Shown piece after piece: positions 51,554-60,495 of a stretch of DNA of 64,000 nucleotides (position 1 is its first letter; every line of letters begins with the position of its first letter). The notes beneath the pieces are model-generated. The model saw only the letters and a list, made by a program, of their open reading frames with translations, searched no databases and was not told where the DNA came from. A program made the position numbers and the translations under genes. Where the stretch lies: positions 320,001 to 384,000 of the forward strand of contig JBKAGE010000035.1 in assembly GCA_046290225.1 (NCBI GenBank). Reading direction: 5' to 3'. The stretch comes from Bradymonadia bacterium. Lineage in GTDB: Bacteria; Myxococcota_A; Bradymonadia; UBA7976; UBA1532.

Positions 51554-51841
51554 TCACTGAAAGTCGATGAAGCGACGTGTCTGCAGTTCTAAGAGAAAAT
51601 CTTCCACATCCTTGCGTGCAGTTTGCTGATCAATGGCAAACTCTTTCACAACCAGCTCGATGATTTCGCGCACGGTGTTCTTTTTATCTGTAATCAAATT
51701 CCAGACAAAGGTGCCGACACCATTGAGCCGATGGATCGAGTCATCGCTGGCATCGAGCAAAATCGCGCTGCCGGCCATGACTCGAGAGACCGAGGTCTTC
51801 GAAGGAATGGGAACGGCGTTGTGCTGAGGCATGGTCGTCAT
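51554..51841 (-). CDS. PqqD family (RRE) peptide chaperone
   Basis: AILLD....IHRLNGVGTFVWNLI....TVREII..VV.EF.ID..TARKDVEDFLLEL....FI. Confidence 0.85.
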   Translation of the reverse strand: MTTMPQHNAVPIPSKTSVSRVMAGSAILLDASDDSIHRLNGVGTFVWNLITDKKNTVREIIELVVKEFAIDQQTARKDVEDFLLELQTRRFIDFQ

Positions 51842-51996
51842 GGGTCACCTGCTGCGGCATCTCTTCCTTGAGTGCCCTGATCCCGCGGGAATATCTCACT
51901 CTTCACGCTTAAAGACGCTGGAGTGATGGGGTGCAGGTGTACTTGTCCTCTCGCAAGGGGGGTGGCGTCAACGTTATGACAGCAAGGGGAGTTCGC

Positions 51997-52989
51997 TCAG
52001 CGCCAGCGGCGGCGCCGACGCATCAGGGGGAAGGACAAGAAGACACAGGCCCAGGGGATCCACCGCACGGCCCGCTTGATCCACGGGGAGCGCTTCTTGC
52101 GTCGGCCGGTGGCCGCTTCGGCCTCGGGCACGCACCCGCCGCTGCTGTCGTCATCCCAGCTGTCGTCGTCATCTTCCCAATCATCGCCCTCACAGCCGGC
52201 GCTGTCGTCTGATCCGCTGTCGCTCCAGCTGTCGTCGTCATCTTCCCAGTCGTCGCTGTCGCACCCACCGCCGCTGTCATCGTCGCCCCAGTCGTAGCTG
52301 CCACTGTCCATGGCATCACTGTCGTCATCGTCGTCGTCCCAGCCGTCGTCATCGTCCCAGTCGCTGCTGTCACACCCACCGCTGTCTTCACTCGGAGGCG
52401 GCTCGTACTCGTCTATCCACTCGTCGCTGTCGTCATCGTCATCCCAGTCGCTGCCATCGCAGCCGCCGCTGTCGTCGACCGCCACCACGACTCGACCACC
52501 TGATCGATCCTCAGAGGGTGGGGCGGGTCCTCGCTCCAAGCGCGCAGGTGGATGCAAGAGTCCAGTGAGGTTGATGAACTGCCAGCTGGTCCCGTTGAAG
52601 ATCTCCAGGCTGAGTTCGATGGTGGCGGGGGTGTACTTGTGAAACAGGGTGAGGCTGCTGCCCTGAGCCATCTGAGGATCTTCGAAGGCCCCATCACCGC
52701 TCTCGCGGAAGTCCACCTGAGAGGGCTCAAGCTCCACGGTGCCCTGCTCGAGACGCTCTGCAGGTACGGTCAGGGTGATGTTCACGTCGATATCAGGCTC
52801 TCTCTGATATCTGACGCTCACTGTTCGCAATGTGCCGTATGTATGTGTCTTGACGAAGGCCTGGCTGTGGCCATCTCGACGATGACCTTCGATCTCGGTG
52901 GCCCACACCACATCTGCCGAGCCATCACCGGTCCATGCGACACAAAACGGCAAACAGAGCAGCAGAAGCAAGGTGTGAGCGCGGTGCAT
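51997..52989 (-). CDS. Secreted protein with acidic SGGC-D-x-DW repeats and a MYXO-CTERM-like C-terminal anchor
   Basis: Signal MHRAHTLLLLLCLPFCVA; five G/AGC-Asp/Trp repeats; hydrophobic segment followed by RRRRRWR; GGAGG RBS. Confidence 0.72.
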   Translation of the reverse strand: MHRAHTLLLLLCLPFCVAWTGDGSADVVWATEIEGHRRDGHSQAFVKTHTYGTLRTVSVRYQREPDIDVNITLTVPAERLEQGTVELEPSQVDFRESGDGAFEDPQMAQGSSLTLFHKYTPATIELSLEIFNGTSWQFINLTGLLHPPARLERGPAPPSEDRSGGRVVVAVDDSGGCDGSDWDDDDDSDEWIDEYEPPPSEDSGGCDSSDWDDDDGWDDDDDDSDAMDSGSYDWGDDDSGGGCDSDDWEDDDDSWSDSGSDDSAGCEGDDWEDDDDSWDDDSSGGCVPEAEAATGRRKKRSPWIKRAVRWIPWACVFLSFPLMRRRRRWR

Positions 52990-53061
52990 GTGGGCCTCCG
53001 ATGAATGTGGGCAACATCGGCGCGTCAGAGCGAAGTTGCCGTGGTGTTGCATCGGAGCATC

Positions 53062-53077
53062 TGCAGCGACTATGCCA
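53062..53077 (-). promoter_or_regulatory. Putative sigma54 promoter
   Basis: Minus strand TGGCATAGTCGCTGCA (GG-N10-GC), about 70 nt upstream of ATG 52989. Confidence 0.45.
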
Positions 53078-53184
53078 TGAGACGTTCTACTTTAATTTCA
53101 ACAACATACGATTTGGAGGCTGCAAATACTGTGAGGTGGGGCCCACAGAGTGTTGTGGCGATTCACACTCAGCTGGTTGCGGCA

Positions 53185-54681
53185 TCAAGGCTGAGGGATG
53201 TAGTCGAGGGTCAGGCGTACGCCGGGTTCAGGTAACTCGTTCAGCGAGATGAGAAATCCACCAGGGCAAGTGTTGTCTTCAGCGATGTGATATCCACTGA
53301 GCGGCACCTCGGTCCGCTGCCCTTCTGGACCACACTCTGGCTCACATGGGCCACAGATGAGGCCGACGGTGAATCTGTAGTTTCGAGGATCGTTCCATTC
53401 GCCCCCCGAGTCACAACGCGCGCCATCATCAGCAATGCAGGCTGGAGGTCGATCGAGACAGAACCCTCCTCGCCAGCTCAATTTATATTGATAGGCCTCG
53501 AACGGCACCACGTAGGCGTCTTCCATGCAGATCGAGATACATTCCGAAAACTCGTCCTCGATGGGGCAGCCGACCCCATTGACGTCAAAAGACTCGCTCA
53601 ACTGCAGATAGCGCCGCCCGGCGTATGCAGATCCCAGAGGCGATTTGCACGTGGGCTGCACTGCTCCTTCGCATTGACCCTCCGGGCAGCACATCAGCAT
53701 CGCCTCCGGGTCGAAGGCGCTGTTGTCGGGATCACAAACGCCCGGCACCCTGCCTCGAGGGGCGTTGTAGTAGATCTCCTGACCCTTGGCATCGAGTTGC
53801 CGAGGCCCGGTGACGACGCTCACGACGATCTGACGCTCGGGAGACATCTTCAGCTTGTTCAAAACGTCCTGGTACACCGCGACGGGTGTGAGCCGATCGC
53901 GATCCCACTCACATCGCGTAGGGTCAGGCGCCTCGGTGGAGATCCCATCGGCTGCTGAGCAGTCGTTCTTGTCGGTGAGGAAGTAGACCATCAACAGCGA
54001 GCCTGGCCGCGGAAAGACGAGGTCCTCGGGGTTGACCTCAGTGATGCAGCGCTTCTCACCGAGTTCACAGTACGGATCGTACGCCCAGCCCTCGGGATCT
54101 CGATTTGCCTCTTCTACAGTGAGCCCGTCTTTGGGCCGACAGCACGGCCCGAGCCTCGATCGGTTGGGGCCATTGCACGAAAGACTCTGCCGCATCGCTT
54201 CGAGGCCCTGACCGATCGACCCACCACGTGTGCCCACGCTCACCTGGCACTGCAGATCTCGAATCAAGCGCTGAGGATCATCCAGATAATGTCGTGATGC
54301 GATGACTTCGGGGACCGCCTCTGGACAACCCAGCTCAGCCTCGCTCTCAGCACCCTGCTGAAGCTTGCCTCGATGTCCTGAGTTCACCATGTCGGTGGAG
54401 ATGGTGGCGAATTGATGATCCACACTGTCATTCAGCCCGTGCGGGAGCAGCGACTCGAGGGTCTCTCGAAGCACCGCCTGCTCTTCTGCCATGGTCGATG
54501 TGTTGTCGATGACAAAGAGCACATCGAGCTGAGACCTCGGGGGCATCTCGAACTCTTGATGCACCGACGCCTGAGCCACACATGGGCCGTCGTAACAAAA
54601 CTGCGGCTCGTCGTGCAGCTGCGCATGCTGCTCACAGCTCGACAACACTGCGCACATCACCCACAACCAGAGTTTCTTCAC
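53185..54681 (-). CDS. Cys-rich vWA-like lipoprotein (myxobacterial type)
   Basis: VLSSC lipobox; LDVLFVIDNTSTMAEEQ (MIDAS-like), QGLEAM, FLTDKNDCS. Confidence 0.75.
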   Translation of the reverse strand: MKKLWLWVMCAVLSSCEQHAQLHDEPQFCYDGPCVAQASVHQEFEMPPRSQLDVLFVIDNTSTMAEEQAVLRETLESLLPHGLNDSVDHQFATISTDMVNSGHRGKLQQGAESEAELGCPEAVPEVIASRHYLDDPQRLIRDLQCQVSVGTRGGSIGQGLEAMRQSLSCNGPNRSRLGPCCRPKDGLTVEEANRDPEGWAYDPYCELGEKRCITEVNPEDLVFPRPGSLLMVYFLTDKNDCSAADGISTEAPDPTRCEWDRDRLTPVAVYQDVLNKLKMSPERQIVVSVVTGPRQLDAKGQEIYYNAPRGRVPGVCDPDNSAFDPEAMLMCCPEGQCEGAVQPTCKSPLGSAYAGRRYLQLSESFDVNGVGCPIEDEFSECISICMEDAYVVPFEAYQYKLSWRGGFCLDRPPACIADDGARCDSGGEWNDPRNYRFTVGLICGPCEPECGPEGQRTEVPLSGYHIAEDNTCPGGFLISLNELPEPGVRLTLDYIPQP

Positions 54682-54834
54682 GGCACCCCCCCCTGAGAGA
54701 TCCTAGCCAGAATCCATCTTTGCGCGATCAGCCACTCTTCTCAACTGCCAGCAGACCTGGGACACCCATCCGATGTCACAGTGACACTCCATGCCTCCGC
54801 GACGCAGTCATGGGCTTTTCGAGATGCCATCCCA

Positions 54835-54849
54835 TGGCATGCGCTTTGC
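54835..54849 (+). promoter_or_regulatory. Putative sigma54 promoter of the DUF1592/DUF1552 operon
   Basis: TGGCATGCGCTTTGC (GG-N10-GC); palindrome TGTCAC-A-GTGACA at 54774-54786 upstream. Confidence 0.55.
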
Positions 54850-54886
54850 CATTTCAGTCACCCGACACCATCTGCGGGAGATTGAC

Positions 54887-56638
54887 ATGGCAAAGACACC
54901 GCTGAGGCCTCTACTCATCGCCATCGTTCTGAACACCACCTTTGTAGGGTGTGATGCAGGTGAAGGCTCGCTCTCATCGGGCGGTATGCACGCTGATCCA
55001 ACAGGACCTGGGCCAGGGTCCGACACGGACCTGCCCCCAGACACACCCGACCCACCTGATCCCGAAGAGCGCCCAGAGCCCGGCGATGACACAGGCACAC
55101 CCCAAACGTGCGCTGAGGGCATCTGCGCCGTGGCTGCCGATATGCGGCGGCTCACCGGAGTTCAAATTCGAAACAGCGTGCACGACCTGTTCTATGGCCA
55201 GATTCACACTGAAGCGCCGCTCCCTGCGCCGGGCGTGAGCGTCACAGGCTACAGCGGCGAAGCCAACGCCAACGCCGTGAACGACGCCGCCACCGAGCAG
55301 CTACTCCATCTCGCCGAAGAGGTGGCGCTGCAGGTGGCCGAGCGCACTGGAGTTCTGCTTGAGGGCTGTGACGGCCCAGGGCGAGACGACTTCGACTGCG
55401 CGTTGCAGTTCATCGGCCACTACGGCCGCCGGGCGTGGCGTCGCCCCCTCACCGATGACGAGTGGTCCGTCGTGCTCCAGGTCTACCAGGCCGGTGAAGA
55501 GGCCGATCTCCCCTTCGAGGAGCGGATCGCCCTCATGACCGAGGTGCTGCTGCAGGCGCCGCAGTTCCTCTACCAGATCGAGATCGGAGAGCCTGTCGAC
55601 GATCAGCCCCAGCTGCGTCGCCTGACCGACTTCGAACTCGCCTCTCGCATGGCCTATCTGCTCTGGGACACCTTGCCCGACGAGGCCTTGCTCAGCGCTG
55701 CGGAAGACGGGCAGCTGCGCACTCGCACGCAGATCGAGGCTCAAGCCCGGCGCATGCTCGATGATGCCAGGGCCCACGGCGCTGCCCTGCGATTCTTCCG
55801 TGAATGGATGCAGCTCGGCGGCAGCCACCTGCACGACAAAGATTGGGCGCTCGCCGGGTTCGATCCCAGCCTCGCCGACGCAATGGAGGCAGGCCTCGAC
55901 CAGTATCTGCTGCACACCATCTTCGACACCGACGGCACCCTCGAGGATCTGCTCTCGAGCACGACAGGCTTCATCGACGAGCAGCTCGCCGACTTCTACG
56001 ACGTGCCGTTCTCCGGAGAGCCTGTCGATCTGGGCCCTGAGCGCGCCGGGCTCCTCACTCGGCCGGCATTTCTGGCCGAAAAGGCCAGCCCCACAGAGAG
56101 CTCTCCGATCCATCGAGGAGTCTTCGTCATCGAGCGCATGCTCTGTGGCGATTTGGGATCTCCCCCCGACGACGCGCTGGAGCGATTCCAGGCCCTCGAG
56201 CGGGGGGCCAACCCCCGAGCGCAGTCGGAGATCCTCCGCGCAGTGCCCGAGTGTAACGGGTGCCATGCCCGCATCGACTCCGCTGGCCTGGGCTTCGAGG
56301 CGTACGGCCCCCTCGGTGAGCTGCGCGAGGTGTACCGCGACGGCACCCTCATCGACGCCTCCAGCGAGATCTGGGAAGGCAGCGTGCGTGGATCCTTCGA
56401 GGATCTCGGCGAGATGCAGCGCTTCCTGGCAGATCAACCCGAAGTCCTGGACTGCCTGACCCGGCAGTGGTTCCAGTCCATGTTCGGCCGACACGTGCAT
56501 GATTTCACACGCGAAGATCGCCGAGCCATCGCCCACCTGCAGGGCCAGGCACGCCAGAGCGGAGGCCAGATTAGAGCGCTCATGCTCAACCTCGTGACCT
56601 CCGACGCGTTCCGCTACCGCCACATCGAGGAGAACTGA
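54887..56638 (+). CDS. DUF1592/DUF1588/DUF1595 (PSD) lipoprotein with CxxCH heme motif
   Basis: MRRLT..QI.NSV.DL, RRAWRRPLT, LLQAPQFLY, ELASRMAYLLWDTLPD..L, SSPIHRG.F, CNGCH..ID..G.GFE. Confidence 0.88.
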   Translation: MAKTPLRPLLIAIVLNTTFVGCDAGEGSLSSGGMHADPTGPGPGSDTDLPPDTPDPPDPEERPEPGDDTGTPQTCAEGICAVAADMRRLTGVQIRNSVHDLFYGQIHTEAPLPAPGVSVTGYSGEANANAVNDAATEQLLHLAEEVALQVAERTGVLLEGCDGPGRDDFDCALQFIGHYGRRAWRRPLTDDEWSVVLQVYQAGEEADLPFEERIALMTEVLLQAPQFLYQIEIGEPVDDQPQLRRLTDFELASRMAYLLWDTLPDEALLSAAEDGQLRTRTQIEAQARRMLDDARAHGAALRFFREWMQLGGSHLHDKDWALAGFDPSLADAMEAGLDQYLLHTIFDTDGTLEDLLSSTTGFIDEQLADFYDVPFSGEPVDLGPERAGLLTRPAFLAEKASPTESSPIHRGVFVIERMLCGDLGSPPDDALERFQALERGANPRAQSEILRAVPECNGCHARIDSAGLGFEAYGPLGELREVYRDGTLIDASSEIWEGSVRGSFEDLGEMQRFLADQPEVLDCLTRQWFQSMFGRHVHDFTREDRRAIAHLQGQARQSGGQIRALMLNLVTSDAFRYRHIEEN

Positions 56639-56640
56639 AG

Positions 56641-58086
56641 ATGATGTTGAATCGTCGCGCTTTCTTGAGAGGTGTGGGCGGCGCCGCCCTCACTGTACCC
56701 ATGATGGGCCTGCGCCAGCACGCTCGTGCTCAAACGGCCGGTGGGCCCCGACGTCTGATCATCATGGTGCACCCCCAGGGCACCCTCCACGACGCCTGGA
56801 CCCCGAGCGGCGAGGGCCGCGGCTTCGAACTCTCACAGATTCTGCAGCCTCTGGCGCCGCACCGGGATCGACTGCTGGTGCTCTCGCAGATCGACAACGT
56901 GGTGCGCCGGGAGCAGCGCCAGGGCAATGGCCACAATCCACCAGGGCGCACCCTGCTCACGGCCTTCCCCTTCGCGGGAAGCATGGACAATGGTCGCGTG
57001 CGGCCCGAGCACGAGCAGCCCCCAAACGGTGACGCGTATGGCCCCTCGATCGATCACGTGATCGCACAGCGCATCAGCGCCGACACCCGATTTCAGTCGC
57101 TGCACCTCGGCATCGGTGGAGACGAGCTCGGGGAATACACGATGTTCTGGGAAGGCCGAGAGGGCCAGGCGGTCGCTGCGGGGTGCGAGGGTGACCCGGT
57201 GTCACTGTTTCAGAGGCTGGTGCAGGCCGCGCCGGCCCCTGAGCGAGGCCCGATGACCCGCGCCGACCGCCTCACCGCCCAGCGCGGCAGCGTGCTCGAA
57301 GCCGTCCGTGGCAACTTCAACCTGCTCCAGAGCCGGGCAGGGGCGGCAGACCGGCGCCGCCTCGAAGAACACGCCACCCGCATCCGCAACCTGGAGCGCC
57401 GTCTGCGAGCGCCGATGTCTGCTGCGGCGTGCACGATCCCTGGCGGGCACACGCTGTCACCGGGTTATCGACCCTGGAACGCCGACTTCGACAACGAATC
57501 TGCAGAAGCCCACATCGAAAACCTGATCTTCGCGATGTCGTGCGATCTGACTCGGGTGGGCACGTTGCAGTTCACGCGCTACCACGGCCCTCAGTTCCCC
57601 TTCATCGATGATTTGCCGGTCCGCTTCAACGGCATGGCAGGTGATGATGACGACGACTACCGCGGTGAGAGTGGCCTGTGGGGCACCTGGCACCAGATGG
57701 TGCACCTGGGTCGGGAAACGCCCAGCGCCAGGGCGGCCATGGTGATGGTATTCCAGTGGTACATGGCCCAGCTCAACCACCTGCTCGACCGGCTGGCCAA
57801 CACGCCAGAGCCCACAGGTGATGGCTCGATGCTCGACCACACGCTGGTGCTGGCGCTGAGCGAGCTGGGCCACGGCGGATGGCACTCTACGCGCCACCTG
57901 CCGGTCATCCTCGCAGGCAACGCTGGCGCAGGCGTACAGATGGGACGCCACTTGAGCCTGCCCGATCGAACCACAGGCGATCTCTACACCACGCTGTTGC
58001 AGACCTTCGGGGGCAACGAGACCCACTTCGGCTTGCAACGTGGCTTCGAAGGCGATCGCCTGGTTATGGGGGCGCTGCCACTCTGA
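56641..58086 (+). CDS. DUF1552 family protein (Tat signal)
   Basis: NRRAFLRG.GG, L.PLAPHR, SIDHVIA, AMSCDLTRV, GSMLDHT, H....LPVILAG. Confidence 0.88.
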   Translation: MMLNRRAFLRGVGGAALTVPMMGLRQHARAQTAGGPRRLIIMVHPQGTLHDAWTPSGEGRGFELSQILQPLAPHRDRLLVLSQIDNVVRREQRQGNGHNPPGRTLLTAFPFAGSMDNGRVRPEHEQPPNGDAYGPSIDHVIAQRISADTRFQSLHLGIGGDELGEYTMFWEGREGQAVAAGCEGDPVSLFQRLVQAAPAPERGPMTRADRLTAQRGSVLEAVRGNFNLLQSRAGAADRRRLEEHATRIRNLERRLRAPMSAAACTIPGGHTLSPGYRPWNADFDNESAEAHIENLIFAMSCDLTRVGTLQFTRYHGPQFPFIDDLPVRFNGMAGDDDDDYRGESGLWGTWHQMVHLGRETPSARAAMVMVFQWYMAQLNHLLDRLANTPEPTGDGSMLDHTLVLALSELGHGGWHSTRHLPVILAGNAGAGVQMGRHLSLPDRTTGDLYTTLLQTFGGNETHFGLQRGFEGDRLVMGALPL

Positions 58087-58092
58087 GGCAGC

Positions 58093-59466
58093 TCAGAACA
58101 CCCCGATGGCGTGTAGGAACACAGCGCCTACAGCCACCGGCACGACATAGCGCAGCAAGTAGACCCAGCCCCAGAACAACTTGCCGTACTTGCTCCCTGT
58201 CTTGAAGCCCTGCTCTCGGGCCTGATCGCTCACCCGCCATGCCACGAAGAGCGCGATGCCCATGCCGCCGAGGGGCAGCATCCAGTTACTCGCCAGATAG
58301 TCGAACAGGTCGAACCAGTTCTTGCCCTTTTCGAAGACCGCCGTGGTGGCTTCGGCGAAGTCCTTGCCGAAGAAGTCGGTGCCACCACTCAGGGCCGAGG
58401 GCACGCCGAAAACCATGATGGTGAAGCCGGTGACGAGGGTGGCCTTGGCGCGGCTCCAGCCCTTCTCGTCGATGAAGTATGCCGCGGCCACCTCGAGCAA
58501 CGAGATGGCGCTGGTCAACGCAGCAAAGGTGAGCAACACGAAGAACACCGCCGAGAGGACAGTGCCCCCAGGCATCTGAGAGAACGCCACGGGGATGTTG
58601 GCGAAGACCAGCCCCGGCCCGGCGGAGGGCTCCATGCCATAGCTGAAGGTGATGGGGAACAGCACGAGGCAGGCGAGCAGGGCGATGCCTGTGTCGAAGA
58701 CGGCGATGATGCCGGCGCTGGCGACGATGTCTTCTTTGCGGCTGAGGTAGCTGCCGTACGTGAGCATGGCCCCCATGCCCAGGCTCAAGGTGAAGAAGCT
58801 GTGGCCCAAGGCCTCGAGCACCGAGGCGCCGGTCACCTTGTCGGCGTTGAACCCGAAGACGAAGTCGAAGGCGTCACCGAAGCCGTCCATGGTGATGGCC
58901 TTCACCAGCAAGCCCACCATCATGATGAGCAGCAGGGGCATGAGAATACGGCTCCAGCGCTCCACGCCCTTCTTCACACCACCGATGACGATGGCCATGG
59001 TCAGACCCATGAAGACCAGGTGCCAGACGAGGTTGAGATTGGTGTCGCCGTACACGCTCCCGAAGATTTTGCCGATCTCTTCAGGGCTCTGGCCGCTGAA
59101 TGTGTCGGTCACCGAGAGGTAGACGTAGTGCATGGCCCACCCGGCCACCACGCTGTAGTAGCTCAAGATCACGAAGGCGGCGAGCACACCCAGCCAGCCG
59201 ACACCGAGCCAGGGGCTTTTGGGCTTCGACATCTCCCGGAAGGCCCCCACAGGGGACTTTTGAGTGCTCCGACCCACCAGGATCTCAGCGATCAAAATCG
59301 GCAGACCCACGATGGCGATGCAGGCGAGGTAGATGAGCACAAAGAGCCCACCGCCGTTCTCACCGGTGATGTAGGGGAACTTCCACACGTTCCCCAGGCC
59401 CACGGCTGATCCTGCTGCGGCGAGGATGAACCCCAGCCGGCTGTTCCATTCTCCACGCTCTGACAT
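58093..59466 (-). CDS. Sodium-dependent transporter, NSS/SNF family
   Basis: W.SRLGFILAAAGSAVGLGNVWKFPY..GENGGG.F, FFTLSLGMG.M.TYGSY, GPGLVF. Confidence 0.95.
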   Translation of the reverse strand: MSERGEWNSRLGFILAAAGSAVGLGNVWKFPYITGENGGGLFVLIYLACIAIVGLPILIAEILVGRSTQKSPVGAFREMSKPKSPWLGVGWLGVLAAFVILSYYSVVAGWAMHYVYLSVTDTFSGQSPEEIGKIFGSVYGDTNLNLVWHLVFMGLTMAIVIGGVKKGVERWSRILMPLLLIMMVGLLVKAITMDGFGDAFDFVFGFNADKVTGASVLEALGHSFFTLSLGMGAMLTYGSYLSRKEDIVASAGIIAVFDTGIALLACLVLFPITFSYGMEPSAGPGLVFANIPVAFSQMPGGTVLSAVFFVLLTFAALTSAISLLEVAAAYFIDEKGWSRAKATLVTGFTIMVFGVPSALSGGTDFFGKDFAEATTAVFEKGKNWFDLFDYLASNWMLPLGGMGIALFVAWRVSDQAREQGFKTGSKYGKLFWGWVYLLRYVVPVAVGAVFLHAIGVF

Positions 59467-59598
59467 GACGCTCTCTTCACGGTACGGCCACACCACTGGG
59501 GCATGATCTACGGACCGCTCATCAAGTTTTCGAGATGCTGAATGGAATGCCCGACCCGGGGCAAAAGCTCAAGTAGGAGAGGGGAGAAGCATGCTGCT

Positions 59599-60180
59599 CT
59601 AGTCGCAGCACGCTTCTCGGCAACGCCGAGAGGCCCGAATGTTGAGCATGTGTCCGAGGAAGAGCATCAAACCCGCGAGCACGCCCACGGCGGTGCCTGC
59701 CATGTGCGCCATGGATACTTCTCCCGCTTCGTGACCATGCTCTGCATGCCCCTTGTCGTGATGCGCAGCCTCTGCATGGTGATCGTCATGGCCATGATCA
59801 GCGTGCTCTCCAGCGTGAGCATCCGCCTCACCATGGGCAACATGCCCGGACTCCGCAGCATGATCGTGATGATGCTCACCGCTCATCTCGATGACTCGTG
59901 ACGCGAGGAGGCCCATGATGCCCACAGCCAGGACAGCCGCCACCACACGGGATCGATGCTGACGCCACCCCATGACAAGGGCGACACCCGCGAACACGAT
60001 CGCCACCCCTGTGAAGATCCACTCGGTGGTGTGGCCGACAAGAAAGCCAAGCCCCAGCGCCCCGAAAGCAGCAGGTAACAGCGCACAGACAGCACAATGG
60101 ATCGCGCACAACCCGCTGGCGATGGCGCCGAGGCGATCAACGCCCTCGTTCTTCGCTGCCTTCTCTGCGGTGGTCGTCAT
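59599..60180 (-). CDS. MerC-domain membrane protein with His-rich insertion
   Basis: DRLGAIASGLCAIHC, four TMs, GH..N; His-rich loop EHHHDH...HGHDDHH. Confidence 0.8.
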   Translation of the reverse strand: MTTTAEKAAKNEGVDRLGAIASGLCAIHCAVCALLPAAFGALGLGFLVGHTTEWIFTGVAIVFAGVALVMGWRQHRSRVVAAVLAVGIMGLLASRVIEMSGEHHHDHAAESGHVAHGEADAHAGEHADHGHDDHHAEAAHHDKGHAEHGHEAGEVSMAHMAGTAVGVLAGLMLFLGHMLNIRASRRCREACCD

Positions 60181-60217
60181 CGAAATACCTCATCCAACAC
60201 ATGGGCTCTGCATCATA

Positions 60218-60234
60218 ATGCAAGTCGATTGCAA
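60218..60234. promoter_or_regulatory. Palindromic Zur-like operator
   Basis: ATGCAA-GTCGA-TTGCAA, abutting a minus-strand TATGAT -10-like hexamer (60212-60217). Confidence 0.55.
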
Positions 60235-60495
60235 TAAATATACACCTGCATTCGCAGCATCCCCTCCAATGCTGGATTTGGGGCGCTCGGGCAAGGATCA
60301 CGGCCTATCGGGGATGTGATCGTACATGCGATCGATGCGCTCGATGTCAGGGGGCCAGTGGATGCCCACAAGTGGAAGGCGCCGCTCGACTGGATGAGCG
60401 AGTCGTGACAACGTTCGTAGAGTCACGTAGTAGATGCCAGAGTATTGGTTGCCCTAAAGCAAAGGCGCGATCGATGACACAGAAGGGGGTTTCAC

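Noticed and set aside
41481..51841. PQQ or lasso peptide biosynthesis
   Set aside because: No pqqB/pqqC and no ExxxY core; no asparagine-synthetase-like cyclase or transglutaminase-like B2 protease
59599..60180. Mercury resistance operon
   Set aside because: No merA, merR, merP or merT nearby
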